This document shows, one piece after another, positions 29,099 through 38,976 of a stretch of DNA of 64,000 bases. A program made the translations under genes and the position numbers. Source of the stretch: an uncultured delta proteobacterium (lineage in GTDB: Bacteria > Desulfobacterota > Syntrophia > Syntrophales > UBA2192); contig CAVPJD010000016.1 of assembly GCA_963705165.1 (NCBI GenBank), positions 1-64,000 of the forward strand, in the 5' to 3' direction. Position 1 is the first letter of the stretch. Every line of letters starts with the position of its first letter. Under the pieces are notes generated by a model, which saw nothing but the letters and a program-made list of their open reading frames with translations, made no database searches and was not told where the DNA came from.

Positions 29099-29761
29099 AT
29101 GGATCGTTACGCCAAGCAAAGAAAAAAGATGGTCGACTCCCAGATACGCTCGCGAGGCGTCCGGGACGAGCGCGTCCTGCGGGCCATGGAGAAGATCCCC
29201 CGTCATCTCTTCATCGACGAGGGGCTCATCGACCAGGCCTACAACGACAACCCGCTGCCCATCGGCGAGAAGCAGACCATTTCGCAGCCCTACATCGTGG
29301 CGCTCATGACGGAAGCCCTGGAGCTCAAGGGGCGCGAGAAAGTCCTGGAGCTTGGTACCGGTTCGGGCTACGAGGCGGCCATTTTGGCGGAGCTGGCAGA
29401 CCGGGTGTTCACCATTGAGCGAATCGCCTCTCTGGCCCAGAAGGCAAGAAAATTGCTTGAGTCCCTGAATTACTACAACGTGGTGATCCGCGTGGGAGAC
29501 GGGACGTACGGGTGGCGCGAAGAATCCCCTTTCGATGCCATCGCGGTTTCGGCGGGCTCTCCGTCGATACCCCGGATGCTGGTGGAGCAGCTGGCCATCG
29601 GAGGGCGTCTCGTGATCCCCGTCGGGAGCCGCTATTCGCAGAGCCTGATCAAGCTGACCCGCCTCTCCGAGAATCCGGACGATGTGAAAAGAGAGGACCT
29701 CGGCGGATGCCGGTTTGTGAACCTGATCGGGGAGCACGGCTGGAAGGTCGAGCAGCAGTAA
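29099..29761 (+). CDS. pcm: Protein-L-isoaspartate O-methyltransferase
   Basis: [34 protein letters not shown]. Confidence 0.96.
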   Translation: MDRYAKQRKKMVDSQIRSRGVRDERVLRAMEKIPRHLFIDEGLIDQAYNDNPLPIGEKQTISQPYIVALMTEALELKGREKVLELGTGSGYEAAILAELADRVFTIERIASLAQKARKLLESLNYYNVVIRVGDGTYGWREESPFDAIAVSAGSPSIPRMLVEQLAIGGRLVIPVGSRYSQSLIKLTRLSENPDDVKREDLGGCRFVNLIGEHGWKVEQQ

Positions 29762-29824
29762 AGAAGCAGCCAAACCTTCTCACCCTCTTACCTTCTACGT
29801 TTTGGGGCGCATGTAAACGGATTG

Positions 29825-30910
29825 ATGAAACCTATTTCGCGCACACTTAAACTGATCCTCCTGGCCTTTCTAGGCGCCGCTCTTTTATCCTGTTCCATCC
29901 AGATCGTCGACCGAAGCAGCGTAAAGTCCTCCGAGCGGATGCGCGGCGTGTACCACCGGGTCAAGCCCGGGGAAACGCTCTGGCGGATCTCGAAGGCCTA
30001 CAACGTCGATCTCCAGGAACTGGCCGAGATCAACAACATCACCGATGCCTCCCGCATCACTGCGGGCAACGTCGTCTTCATTCCGGATGCACCCCGGGTC
30101 ATCGATCTGCCCCCGGTGAAAACCCCCGTCGAGACCCGGCCTGCGGTTGTGAAGCCGCCGGAAAAACCGGTGACGGCAAAGGCGGAACCGGAGGCGGGAC
30201 GGCCAGGACCCGAAGCGGCAGGCGCCGCCGCTGTGTCTGCCGGGGGGAAAAGCAAGGTGAAAGAGGAGAGCATTACGGACCGGGCGCCGGCCGCAAAGCC
30301 GGAAAGAAGCCCGGCATCGGCAAAGCCCCCGGAAAAAACGATGCCCAGGCCTGTCGAGACGCCCGAGAAAGCGGATGCAGCAAAGACCCAGGTAGCCATG
30401 AAGCCGCCGGTCCCGCCACCGCCGGTCAAGACCCCCGATTCGAGCCTGCAAGAGAGGCCCGTCGCGGCGCCGCCTCCGAAGAAGCCCGAACCGGCATCCA
30501 GGGCCGAGGAGACTCCGGGTCAGATCAAGGTCGACAAGGGCCGTTTCGTGTGGCCCCTGAAGGGCCCCGTGATCACCCGCTTCGGGATTCAGCCAAGCGG
30601 GATGAAATACAACGGCATCAAGATCGCCGCGAAAGAGGGGGCGCCTGTCCAGGCGGCGGCGGCCGGGACGATCATCTATGCCTCTTACGTCAAAGGGTAC
30701 GGTGACACCATCATTGTGAAGCACGACGAAAACTACACCACCGTCTATGCCTACCTGAAAAGCAGCGTTGCGAAAAAAGATGACCGTGTGAAGAAGGGGG
30801 AAAAGATCGCTTCCGTGGGACCGTCCGAGGAGCCGGGCGGCGAGCCCCATCTTTATTTTGAAATCAGGGAGAGGAATAAGGCACGCAACCCTCAGTTTTT
30901 CCTGCCGTGA
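29825..30910 (+). CDS. nlpD: LysM/M23 lipoprotein NlpD-like (degenerate M23 site)
   Basis: Lipobox LLSC, LysM (HRVKPGETLWRIS), Pro/Ala/Lys linker, M23 domain with YNGIK/YAYL/HLYFE; follows pcm. Confidence 0.85.
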   Translation: MKPISRTLKLILLAFLGAALLSCSIQIVDRSSVKSSERMRGVYHRVKPGETLWRISKAYNVDLQELAEINNITDASRITAGNVVFIPDAPRVIDLPPVKTPVETRPAVVKPPEKPVTAKAEPEAGRPGPEAAGAAAVSAGGKSKVKEESITDRAPAAKPERSPASAKPPEKTMPRPVETPEKADAAKTQVAMKPPVPPPPVKTPDSSLQERPVAAPPPKKPEPASRAEETPGQIKVDKGRFVWPLKGPVITRFGIQPSGMKYNGIKIAAKEGAPVQAAAAGTIIYASYVKGYGDTIIVKHDENYTTVYAYLKSSVAKKDDRVKKGEKIASVGPSEEPGGEPHLYFEIRERNKARNPQFFLP

Positions 30911-30917
30911 AGAAAAC

Positions 30918-30949
30918 CGGGTATCGGGGCTAGGGTATCGGGTATAGGG
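30918..30949 (+). repeat. Heptamer array (GGGTATM)
   Basis: Five GGG tracts after the nlpD stop. Confidence 0.8.
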
Positions 30950-30970
30950 AAATCGAACCCTCTCACCACA

Positions 30971-30999
30971 TTGACGGAGCTCGACATGATGCCTATACT
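30971..30999 (+). promoter_or_regulatory. Sigma70 promoter for radical SAM gene
   Basis: TTGACG-17 nt-TATACT. Confidence 0.7.
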
Positions 31000-31052
31000 G
31001 ATTATATGGATGCCTTATTTGTAGTAAATCCCTAGACAGGACAATCGAATCC

Positions 31053-32207
31053 ATGAACCTCAATGCCTGCTTTGAGCAGGGACCGATACGGCCGCCCAGT
31101 GAGGCGAGGAGTCTCCTGATCCGGCCGACGCGGAACTGTCCCTGGAACAAGTGTGCCTTCTGCCACACCTACAGGGAAACCCGCTTCCAATTGCGCCCCG
31201 TCGAGGAGATCAAAAGGGATATCGATGCCGTCCGCGACATGGCGGACGCAATCGGGGAGATTTCCTGGAAGCTCGGCCAGGGGGGGAAGGTCAATGACGC
31301 CGTCGTCTCCCATGTCTTCGGAGACGACACTCTGTTCAACGATGCCTTCAGGCACGTGGCGGCCTGGCTTTATTTCGGCGCTCAGACGGCCTTCCTCCAG
31401 GATGCCGACACGCTGATCATGAAGACCGATGACCTCCTCGAAGTGCTGCGCTACCTGAAGGGAAAATTCCCCCAGATCAGCCGCATCACCTCCTATTGCC
31501 GGTCCAAGACGGCCAGGCACAAATCGGTGGAGGATCTCAGGCGCATCCGCGAGGCCGGCCTCGTCCGGATCCACGTCGGACTCGAGTCTGGCAGTGACCC
31601 TGTTCTCAAGTTCATCCGCAAGGGGGCGACGGCGGCGGACCACATCGAAGGGGGACAGCACCTCGTGGCGGCGGGGATCTCGCTTTGCGAATATGTCATG
31701 CCCGGGCTCGGAGGACAACTCTGGTCGCGCGAGCACGCCGTCGAGACGGCCAGGGTCCTCAACGAAATCAACCCCGATCACATACGTCTGCGCACCCTGT
31801 CGGTGCGCCGGGGTACGGCCCTCTACGAGATGATGCAGCAGGGCGAGTTCCAACCCATCGGCGATGAGGAAATACTTAAGGAAATCCGACTGTTTATCGA
31901 ACATCTCGACGGGATAGAAAGCCGCATTGTGAGCGATCACATCCTGAATCTTCTGGAAGAGCTGGAGGGAAAGCTGCCGGAAGACAGGGAGAAGCTCCTG
32001 GGAATCATCGACCGTTATTTCGCGATGGCCGAAGAGGACCGCCTCATCTTCCGCCTGGGCCGTCGGCGCGGGCTTTACCGGTCCCTTGACGATCTTTCGG
32101 AACCAAACACCTACCTGCAGCTCAAGGAGGGGGTCGAGCGCTACCAGCAAGAAGAGCCGGGAAAGCTCGACAGAGTCCTCGACCGTATCCGGCAGAATTT
32201 TATCTGA
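31053..32207 (+). CDS. Radical SAM protein of unknown substrate
   Basis: GPIRPPSEA.S, CPWNKCAFC, H.GLESG.D, SDHILNL. Confidence 0.9.
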   Translation: MNLNACFEQGPIRPPSEARSLLIRPTRNCPWNKCAFCHTYRETRFQLRPVEEIKRDIDAVRDMADAIGEISWKLGQGGKVNDAVVSHVFGDDTLFNDAFRHVAAWLYFGAQTAFLQDADTLIMKTDDLLEVLRYLKGKFPQISRITSYCRSKTARHKSVEDLRRIREAGLVRIHVGLESGSDPVLKFIRKGATAADHIEGGQHLVAAGISLCEYVMPGLGGQLWSREHAVETARVLNEINPDHIRLRTLSVRRGTALYEMMQQGEFQPIGDEEILKEIRLFIEHLDGIESRIVSDHILNLLEELEGKLPEDREKLLGIIDRYFAMAEEDRLIFRLGRRRGLYRSLDDLSEPNTYLQLKEGVERYQQEEPGKLDRVLDRIRQNFI

Positions 32208-32347
32208 GGGCGTCCCGGTTGTCGCCGGAAGGAACCCTCCGGTTGTTTGCAGTACATCGCCTACCCGTAACTGTCCGGAATAACTTGAAATGTATTCAGG
32301 ACCTGCCAAAATGCACCCTTGGTCCCGCCCCGCCAGGTCAATTTAAA

Positions 32348-32376
32348 TTGACTTTTCAGGCAAATTCGTTTATGAT
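32348..32376 (+). promoter_or_regulatory. Sigma70 promoter for carD
   Basis: TTGACT-17 nt-TATGAT. Confidence 0.75.
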
Positions 32377-32431
32377 TTGTAGGCTGTTGGAGTGCCATAG
32401 GGGTAAATCCAAGAGAGGTGGTAACGGGGCA

Positions 32432-32917
32432 ATGTTCAAGGTAGGCGAATTGGCTGTTTATCCAGCGCAGGGAGTCGGCCTAATCGAGGCCATCGAAGAC
32501 AGAGAGATCATGGGGGCTTGGCAGAAATTCTACGTGATGAAGATTCTCGGCAACGGCATGAAGATCATGATTCCCACCGACACAGCCCGGGCCATCGGGT
32601 TGCGGGACCTGATCTCTTCCAAGGAGATTCCCAAGATCTACGAGATTCTGCGGACCCGCGACGTCACGATCGACAAACAGGCTTGGAACAAGCGTTATCG
32701 CGAGTACTTGGAGAAGATCAAGACGGGAAGCGTCTACGAGATTGCCAAGGTCCTGAGGGACCTCTTCATCCTCAAGCACGGGAAGGACCTCTCCTTCGGC
32801 GAGAGGAAGATGATGGATACCGCGAAGCACTTGTTGATCAAGGAGATCTCGATCGCCAGCCGGGCGGCGGAGGCAAAGGTCGAAGCAGAGATCAATGCCA
32901 TGTTCCCCGTTCAGTGA
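32432..32917 (+). CDS. carD: CarD/CdnL family RNA polymerase-binding regulator
   Basis: FKVGELAVYPAQGVG, WNKRYREY.EKIKTG, LSFGERKM; GAGGTG RBS. Confidence 0.93.
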   Translation: MFKVGELAVYPAQGVGLIEAIEDREIMGAWQKFYVMKILGNGMKIMIPTDTARAIGLRDLISSKEIPKIYEILRTRDVTIDKQAWNKRYREYLEKIKTGSVYEIAKVLRDLFILKHGKDLSFGERKMMDTAKHLLIKEISIASRAAEAKVEAEINAMFPVQ

Positions 32918-33317
32918 GCGGTGACGACAGAAAACGTACCGCACGAAAGCTCTGAGAACTCACAGCGCCGCAGCCTGTTTTATCAAAAGGCGCTCCTTCT
33001 CCAGGGAAGGGGGTCTTATTATTTCGGCTTGTCGCGCAGTGATCGGGAATGGATGAACGGGGTATTCCGGGGTTTTTTCATTTCCGATGTGACAGGGTTC
33101 TTTGAAAAAGGTTGCGCGCGCAATCCCCGCAGCGCCAGACGTGAGCGCCTGTTCTGAGCACCTGTTCTGAGCCTGTCGAAGGATGTCAAACGTTTTTTGC
33201 GGGATAAGCGGGCATCATAAAAGGATAAAACGACCTTGAGTTTCTGAATTCCCGGCCCCAGGCGCCGGGAATTTTAAAATCTGCACAGGAAAATAATTTA
33301 GAAAGGAGGGATGCTTT

Positions 33318-34343
33318 TTGCTTATCCGTTCTCTGCTCATTCTCTTCTGCTCGATCAGCGGATACTTTATTGCATTTAAATATCTGAATTCATGGGAATT
33401 ATCATTATTCGGCCTTTTATTGGGCTTTATTGCCGCCGTTAGCGTTATCCAGATCGAGCAGATCATCCGGAAGATTTCGCTCCGGATCATTTTAGGGGGT
33501 GTCATCGGGACGATCATCGGTCTCCTGATCGCCATCCTGCTTTCCTACGGGCTGAGTTTCGTCAGCATCTGGGAGAAGCAGGAGATCGTTCCCTGGGCGT
33601 ACGCCCTGATGGCCTGCATTCTCGGTTACCTCGGACTCGTCATCGGTTCCAAGAAGAGCGAGGAGATATCGCTTCCGTCCTTCGGGCCCTTCAAAGGCTC
33701 ACGGGGCGTGTCGGACTACCGGATCCTCGATACGAGCGTCATCATCGACGGCCGTATCGCCGATATCTGCGATACGGGGTACATGGAGGGCAACCTCATC
33801 GTCCCGAGGTTCATCCTGGATGAGCTCCAGCATATCGCCGACTCTTCGGACTCCATGAAACGATCCCGGGGAAGGCGGGGGCTCGACATCCTCAACCGGA
33901 TGCAGAAAATCCACAGCATCAACATCGAAATCGTGGATCAGGACTTCCCGAAAATCAAAGGGGTCGATGCGAAACTCGTCGCCCTGGCGAAGAAGATGAA
34001 CGGGAAGATCATCACCAACGACTTCAACCTCAATAAGGTGGCGGAGCTGCAGGGCATCAAGATCCTCAATGTCAACGAGCTTGCCAATGCCCTCAAGCCG
34101 GTCGTGCTGCCGGGTGAGTTGATGGTCGTGAAAGTCATCAAGGAAGGCAAGGAACACGGACAGGGAGTGGCCTACCTCGATGACGGGACCATGGTCATCG
34201 TCGACCATGCCAGCAGGCATCTGGGGGAAACGGTGGAGGTTGCCGTGACCAGCGTCCTGCAGACCACGGCGGGCAGGATGATCTTCACGGAGATGAAGGC
34301 CGTCGTGCACGACAAAAAAGTTCACACCATCGAAGCCTTGTAA
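33318..34343 (+). CDS. YacL-like membrane PIN/TRAM domain protein
   Basis: 4 TM, ILDTSVIIDGRI, RGRRGLD, TNDFNLNK, YLDDGTM, QTTAGRMIF; TTG start after AGGAGG. Confidence 0.92.
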   Translation: MLIRSLLILFCSISGYFIAFKYLNSWELSLFGLLLGFIAAVSVIQIEQIIRKISLRIILGGVIGTIIGLLIAILLSYGLSFVSIWEKQEIVPWAYALMACILGYLGLVIGSKKSEEISLPSFGPFKGSRGVSDYRILDTSVIIDGRIADICDTGYMEGNLIVPRFILDELQHIADSSDSMKRSRGRRGLDILNRMQKIHSINIEIVDQDFPKIKGVDAKLVALAKKMNGKIITNDFNLNKVAELQGIKILNVNELANALKPVVLPGELMVVKVIKEGKEHGQGVAYLDDGTMVIVDHASRHLGETVEVAVTSVLQTTAGRMIFTEMKAVVHDKKVHTIEAL

Positions 34344-34358
34344 CCTGCTTCGTAAGCG

Positions 34359-34391
34359 AGCCCGGGATGCCAAACGATCCCGGGCTTTTTT
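34359..34391 (+). terminator. Intrinsic terminator-like hairpin between yacL and ispD
   Basis: AGCCCGGGAT...ATCCCGGGCT followed by T run. Confidence 0.75.
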
Positions 34392-34424
34392 AACACACTC
34401 TGCCTCTTCATGGGGGACCAGTCG

Positions 34425-35126
34425 ATGCGCACGGTGGCCATTGTGCCCGCCGCCGGCTCCGGCAACCGGATGGGCCGGGATATCTCCAAGCAATACCTTT
34501 CGCTGGGAGGGAGGCCCCTTCTCATTCACACACTGAACGAGCTTGAGGCGTGTCCCCTCGTAGACGCCCTGATCATCGTGGTGCCGCCCCCGGACGTGGA
34601 AGCGGTGCGCACCGGGATGCTGCCTTCGTGGAACCTGAAAAAACTGGCCGGGGTCGTTCCCGGGGGGAAGGAACGACAGGACTCCGTCCGGGCGGGGATC
34701 GAGGCCCTCGATGCGGACACGGAGATCGTGGTCATCCACGATGCCGTCCGGCCGTTCATTACCGCCGGGCTGATCGAGAGCTGCATACGGGCTGCCGCGG
34801 AGGAAGGGGCCTCAACCGTCGGGGTGCCGTTGAAAGACACCGTCAAGGAGGTCGCCGCGGACGGCCGGGTCATGAGGACCTGCGACAGGAGCCTGTTGTG
34901 GCTCACCCAGACCCCGCAGGCCTTCCGTCGGGACATCATCGAGAACGCTCACCGTGCCGCCGTTCGCGACAATTTCAGAGGGACCGATGACGCCTCGCTG
35001 GTAGAGCGCCTGGGAATCTCCGTCCGGATGATCCGGGGCGACTATGGCAACATCAAGATCACGACGCCGGAAGATCTGATTCTGGCGGAAGCCTTGCTGG
35101 CCGCTCTGCAGCAGGCTAAAGGCTAA
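34425..35126 (+). CDS. ispD: 2-C-methyl-D-erythritol 4-phosphate cytidylyltransferase
   Basis: PAAGSG.RMG...KQY, GGKERQDSV, IHDAVRP, QTPQAF, NIKITTPEDL (alternative start 34410). Confidence 0.95.
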   Translation: MRTVAIVPAAGSGNRMGRDISKQYLSLGGRPLLIHTLNELEACPLVDALIIVVPPPDVEAVRTGMLPSWNLKKLAGVVPGGKERQDSVRAGIEALDADTEIVVIHDAVRPFITAGLIESCIRAAAEEGASTVGVPLKDTVKEVAADGRVMRTCDRSLLWLTQTPQAFRRDIIENAHRAAVRDNFRGTDDASLVERLGISVRMIRGDYGNIKITTPEDLILAEALLAALQQAKG

Positions 35127-35159
35127 AGGCTAAAGGCTAAAGGCTAAAGGCTAAAGGCT
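35113..35159 (+). repeat. Perfect heptamer array (GGCTAAA)6
   Basis: Six exact units from 35114; supplies the ispD stop codon. Confidence 0.95.
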
Positions 35160-35205
35160 GGAAATGCCCCCTCTACAAAGAACTGATTCGTGAAAGGGTA
35201 TTGCC

Positions 35206-35697
35206 ATGAGAATCGGGTTCGGGTATGACAGTCACCGCTTTTCCGAAGGCCGCCGGCTGATCATCGGCGGCGTGGAGGTGAACTACGAGAAGGGGCTGCT
35301 GGGGCATTCCGATGCAGACGCCCTGATCCATGCCATCGTGGATGCCATTCTCGGGGCCCTGGGGGAAGGGGACATCGGCAGGCACTTCCCCGACACGGAC
35401 CCGAATCTCAAGGGCATATCCAGCCTCGTCATGCTCAAGCGCGTGGCCGACCTTGCCGTTCAGCGGGGGTATTACGTCAACAACATAGACTCGACGGTCA
35501 TCCTGGAGAAGCCCCGGCTTTCCCCCTCCATCGAGGAGATGCGCCGGAACATCGCAAGGGTTCTCGGGACGGACTCCTCCCGCGTCAACGTGAAGGCCAA
35601 GACGAACGAAAAGATGGGCTTCATCGGGCGAGGCGAGGGCATCGCGGCCTTTGCCGTCGTGACCCTCGGAAGGGCAGAAGCGGACAGCGTTGCCTAA
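35206..35697 (+). CDS. ispF: 2-C-methyl-D-erythritol 2,4-cyclodiphosphate synthase
   Basis: MRIGFGYDSH, GHSDAD, DIG.HFPDTD, NVKAKTNE. Confidence 0.96.
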   Translation: MRIGFGYDSHRFSEGRRLIIGGVEVNYEKGLLGHSDADALIHAIVDAILGALGEGDIGRHFPDTDPNLKGISSLVMLKRVADLAVQRGYYVNNIDSTVILEKPRLSPSIEEMRRNIARVLGTDSSRVNVKAKTNEKMGFIGRGEGIAAFAVVTLGRAEADSVA

Positions 35698-35711
35698 GAA
35701 AAAACACCACC

Positions 35712-35832
35712 CTGATCTTCCTCTCCCTATGGAAGACCATTTCCATGATCTTCCTCTCCCTTGAGGGGAGAGGATTGAGGTGAGGGTGACTAATCCCTTT
35801 CCTTTTACAGGAGAGGGTCAGGGTGAGGGTGA
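35712..35832. repeat. REP-like palindromic units (CCTCTCCC-N4-GGGGAGAGG...GGTGAGGGTGA)
   Basis: Two to three degenerate tandem copies between convergent genes. Confidence 0.7.
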
Positions 35833-35834
35833 AT

Positions 35835-35869
35835 AAAAAAACGGGGGAGCCGGAATCGGCTCCCCCGTT
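35835..35869 (-). terminator. Intrinsic terminator for carboxyltransferase gene
   Basis: A7-CGGGGGAGCCG-GAAT-CGGCTCCCCCG. Confidence 0.85.
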
Positions 35870-35897
35870 CTGCTTCAAGGACTCTCGAGATTTTTTC

Positions 35898-37451
35898 TTA
35901 CAGCGGGATATTGTTGTGCTTCTTGTCGGGCAGGCTCTGCTCCTTGTCCTTGTAGGCTTCGAGCAGCGCCGCCACTCGCTTGCGAGTCTCGCGGGGGGCG
36001 ATGACCTCTTCGATGATGCCCATCTTGGCTGCGAAGTAGGGGTTGTTGAACTGCTCCTCGTAGGCGGCGATCAGCTCGGCCCGCTTGGCTTCGGGATCCG
36101 CGGCCGTGGTGATCTCCCGGCGGTAGACGATGTTGCAGGCGCCGGCGGCGCCCATGACGGCGATTTCGGCAGACGGCCAGGCCATGACGTAGTCGGCGCC
36201 CAGCTGCTTGCTGCACATGCCGATGTAGGCCCCGCCGTAATCCTTGCGGGTCACGACGGTGAACTTGGGCACTGTGGCCTCGGAGTAGGCATGCAGGAGC
36301 TTCGCGCCGTGGCTGATGATGCCGTTCCACTCCTGGTGCGTGCCGGGCATGTAGCCGGGAACGTCGGCAAAGGTCAGCAGCGGGATGTTGAAGGCGTCGC
36401 AGAAGCGGATGAAGCGCGAGGCCTTGTCGGAGGCATTCACGTCGAGCACGCCGCCGCCGAACATCGGGTTGTTGGCGATGACGCCCACGGTCCGGCCCAT
36501 GACGCGGATGAAGCAGACGAACATGTTCTTCGCCCAGTTTGCGTGGGGCTCGAAGAAAACGCCGCCATCGGCAATGGAGGCGACAAGCTTCTTCATGTCG
36601 TAGCCCCGGGTGGCGCGGTCGGGGATGATCTTGTCGAGATCGGGGCACTCGCGGTCGGCGGTGTCCGTGGTGGCCACGACCGGCGGCATCTCGTGGCAGT
36701 TGTCGGGCAGGTAGCTGAGAAGGTCCTTGATCTGCTGGATGCAGTCCTCGTCGCTCTCCGCGATGAAATGGCACACGCCGCTCTTGGATGCGTGGGCCAT
36801 GGGGCCGCCCAGGTCGTCATGGGTCACTTCCTCGCCGATGACCGCCTTGATGACATCGGGGCCCGTGATGTACATGTAGCTCTTTCCCTTGATCATGAAG
36901 ACCCAGTCGGTGAGCGCGGGCGAATAGACGGCGCCTCCGGCCGTGGGGCCCATGATGGCCGTGATCTGGGGGATGTAGCCCGAGCAGATCGTGTTGCGGT
37001 AGAAGATCCCGCCGTAGCCTTCCAGGGCGGGCACGCCTTCCTGGATGCGGGCGCCGCCGGAGTCGTTCATTGCGATGAAGGGCTTGCGGGCGTCCTTGGC
37101 CATGTCCATGACCTTCCAGATCTTGCGGGCGTGCATCTCGCCGAGGCTCCCGCCGGCGCTGGTGAAGTCCTGGGCGGCGGCGAATACGGTGCGCCCGTTC
37201 ACGCTGCCGAAGCCGCAGACGACGGCGTCGGCGTTGATCTGCTTGTCGCCGAGGCCGAAGAGGGTGGAGCGCTTCTCGACGAAGAGCTGCACTTCCTGGA
37301 ATGTTCCCGCGTCGTAGAACTTCAGAAGCCGCTCACGGGCCGTCATCTTGCCCGATTCGTGCTGCTTCTTGATAGCGGCATCGCCGCCTTGGGTCATCAG
37401 CTTCTCTCGTTTTGCTTCAAATGCCTTGATTCTGTCTTCTGTCAGTCCCAT
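35898..37451 (-). CDS. Acyl-CoA carboxylase carboxyltransferase subunit (propionyl-CoA carboxylase beta / methylmalonyl-CoA carboxyltransferase)
   Basis: GKMTARER, DSGGARIQEG, AGGAVYSPA, DVPGYMPG..QE, YGGAY, KKHNNIPL. Confidence 0.93.
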   Translation of the reverse strand: MGLTEDRIKAFEAKREKLMTQGGDAAIKKQHESGKMTARERLLKFYDAGTFQEVQLFVEKRSTLFGLGDKQINADAVVCGFGSVNGRTVFAAAQDFTSAGGSLGEMHARKIWKVMDMAKDARKPFIAMNDSGGARIQEGVPALEGYGGIFYRNTICSGYIPQITAIMGPTAGGAVYSPALTDWVFMIKGKSYMYITGPDVIKAVIGEEVTHDDLGGPMAHASKSGVCHFIAESDEDCIQQIKDLLSYLPDNCHEMPPVVATTDTADRECPDLDKIIPDRATRGYDMKKLVASIADGGVFFEPHANWAKNMFVCFIRVMGRTVGVIANNPMFGGGVLDVNASDKASRFIRFCDAFNIPLLTFADVPGYMPGTHQEWNGIISHGAKLLHAYSEATVPKFTVVTRKDYGGAYIGMCSKQLGADYVMAWPSAEIAVMGAAGACNIVYRREITTAADPEAKRAELIAAYEEQFNNPYFAAKMGIIEEVIAPRETRKRVAALLEAYKDKEQSLPDKKHNNIPL

Positions 37452-37571
37452 GTCTCTGTTACTCCCTGTCTCTTTAGTGGTCGAAAACTCGACGTTTCCA
37501 TCTCTCTGTAAACCCGCCGCGTGATATCACTTCTAGGCGTATTTTTCAATACAAAAGAGAGGAAATCCTCC

Positions 37572-37600
37572 TTGATTTAGGACGACACCTGGGCTATAAA
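37572..37600 (+). promoter_or_regulatory. Putative sigma70 promoter for pgk
   Basis: TTGATT-17 nt-TATAAA. Confidence 0.55.
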
Positions 37601-37672
37601 ACCCATGCCCGCAGCCTCGACTCCAAGGGGGTGCGAAAACGTTCCCCCAACGAACCCTCCAGAGGTGAAAGA

Positions 37673-38857
37673 ATGAAATATATCGATGAGATGGATCTGA
37701 AAGGGAAGCGGGTGCTGTTCCGGTTCGATTTCAACGTCCCCCTCGACGGCAACCAGAACATCACCGACGACACTCGAATCCGTTCCGTACTGCCCACCAT
37801 CAACTACGCCCTCGATGAAAACGCCAAGATCGTCATCGCCTCCCACCTGGGCCGGCCGAAAGGCAAGGTCGTTGAAACGATGAGCCTGGCCCCCGTGGCC
37901 AAGCGTCTCTCGCGCCTGCTCGGCAAGAACGTGACCCTGACGAAAGACGTCATCGGGCCTGAGGTCAAGAAAACCGTCGCTGCCATGAAGCCGGGCGACA
38001 TTGTCATGCTCGAGAACCTGAGGTTCGATGCCAGAGAGGAGAAAAACGACGAGGAATTCTCCAGGGAACTGGCGAGCCTCGCCGATGTCTACATCGACGA
38101 CGCCTTCGGCAATGCGCACCGCAGCCACGCTTCGAATGTAGGGATCACAAAGTTCGTCAAGGATTGCGGGGCCGGGTTCCTCATGAAGAAGGAACTGACC
38201 TACTTCAGCAAAGCACTCGAGAAACCGGCGAGACCGCTCGTGGCCATCGTCGGGGGCTCCAAGGTGTCGGGCAAGCTCGAAGCCATGGCGAACCTGATCA
38301 ACCGGGTCAACAAGATGATCATCGGCGGCGGCATGGCCTTCACGTTCCTGAAGGCGCAGGGCGTTGAAGTCGGCAAATCCATCGTCGAGCCGGAACTCAT
38401 CGAAAAGGCCAGGGAAGTTCTGGAAACGGCTAAAAACCTGGGCGTGAAGATCTACCTGCCCGTCGACTGTGTCATCGCGGAAAGCAAGGACTCCGAGGCG
38501 GAGACAAAGATCGTCCCCATACAGGAAATCAACCCGCAGTGGATGGGGCTCGACATCGGGCCGGCCACGATCACCCTCTTCACGGAGGCCCTGAACAACG
38601 CGAAGACCATCGTCTGGAACGGCCCCATGGGCGTGTTCGAGATCGACGCCTTCAGCCGCGGGACGTCGGCGCTGGCCCACAGCGTGGCCAACTCCTACGC
38701 ACTCTCCATTGTGGGCGGCGGCGATACGGACGTGGCCATCGACAAGGCGGGCGAGCGCGACAACATGTCCTACATCTCCACGGGCGGCGGCGCCTTCCTG
38801 GAATTGCTGGAGGGGAAGGAACTTCCCGCGGTCAAGGCGCTCAAAGCGTGCAACTGA
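37673..38857 (+). CDS. pgk: Phosphoglycerate kinase
   Basis: [45 protein letters not shown]. Confidence 0.97.
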   Translation: MKYIDEMDLKGKRVLFRFDFNVPLDGNQNITDDTRIRSVLPTINYALDENAKIVIASHLGRPKGKVVETMSLAPVAKRLSRLLGKNVTLTKDVIGPEVKKTVAAMKPGDIVMLENLRFDAREEKNDEEFSRELASLADVYIDDAFGNAHRSHASNVGITKFVKDCGAGFLMKKELTYFSKALEKPARPLVAIVGGSKVSGKLEAMANLINRVNKMIIGGGMAFTFLKAQGVEVGKSIVEPELIEKAREVLETAKNLGVKIYLPVDCVIAESKDSEAETKIVPIQEINPQWMGLDIGPATITLFTEALNNAKTIVWNGPMGVFEIDAFSRGTSALAHSVANSYALSIVGGGDTDVAIDKAGERDNMSYISTGGGAFLELLEGKELPAVKALKACN

Positions 38858-38877
38858 TCCTCTGACGAGGCGTTCGC

Positions 38878-38913
38878 AAGGGAGCAGAAGAGCCCCTTCT
38901 GCTCCCTTTTTTT
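38878..38913 (+). terminator. Intrinsic terminator after pgk
   Basis: AAGGGAGCAGAAG...CTTCTGCTCCCTTTTTTT. Confidence 0.9.
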
Positions 38914-38976
38914 ATCGATTCCGCTCATTCTTCCATTTTCAGAGAACTGTTTTATTTGGTACATGCCGTGAAGCAC

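Noticed and set aside
29825..30910. M23 domain lacking zinc ligands
   Set aside because: Expected for NlpD-type amidase activators next to pcm.
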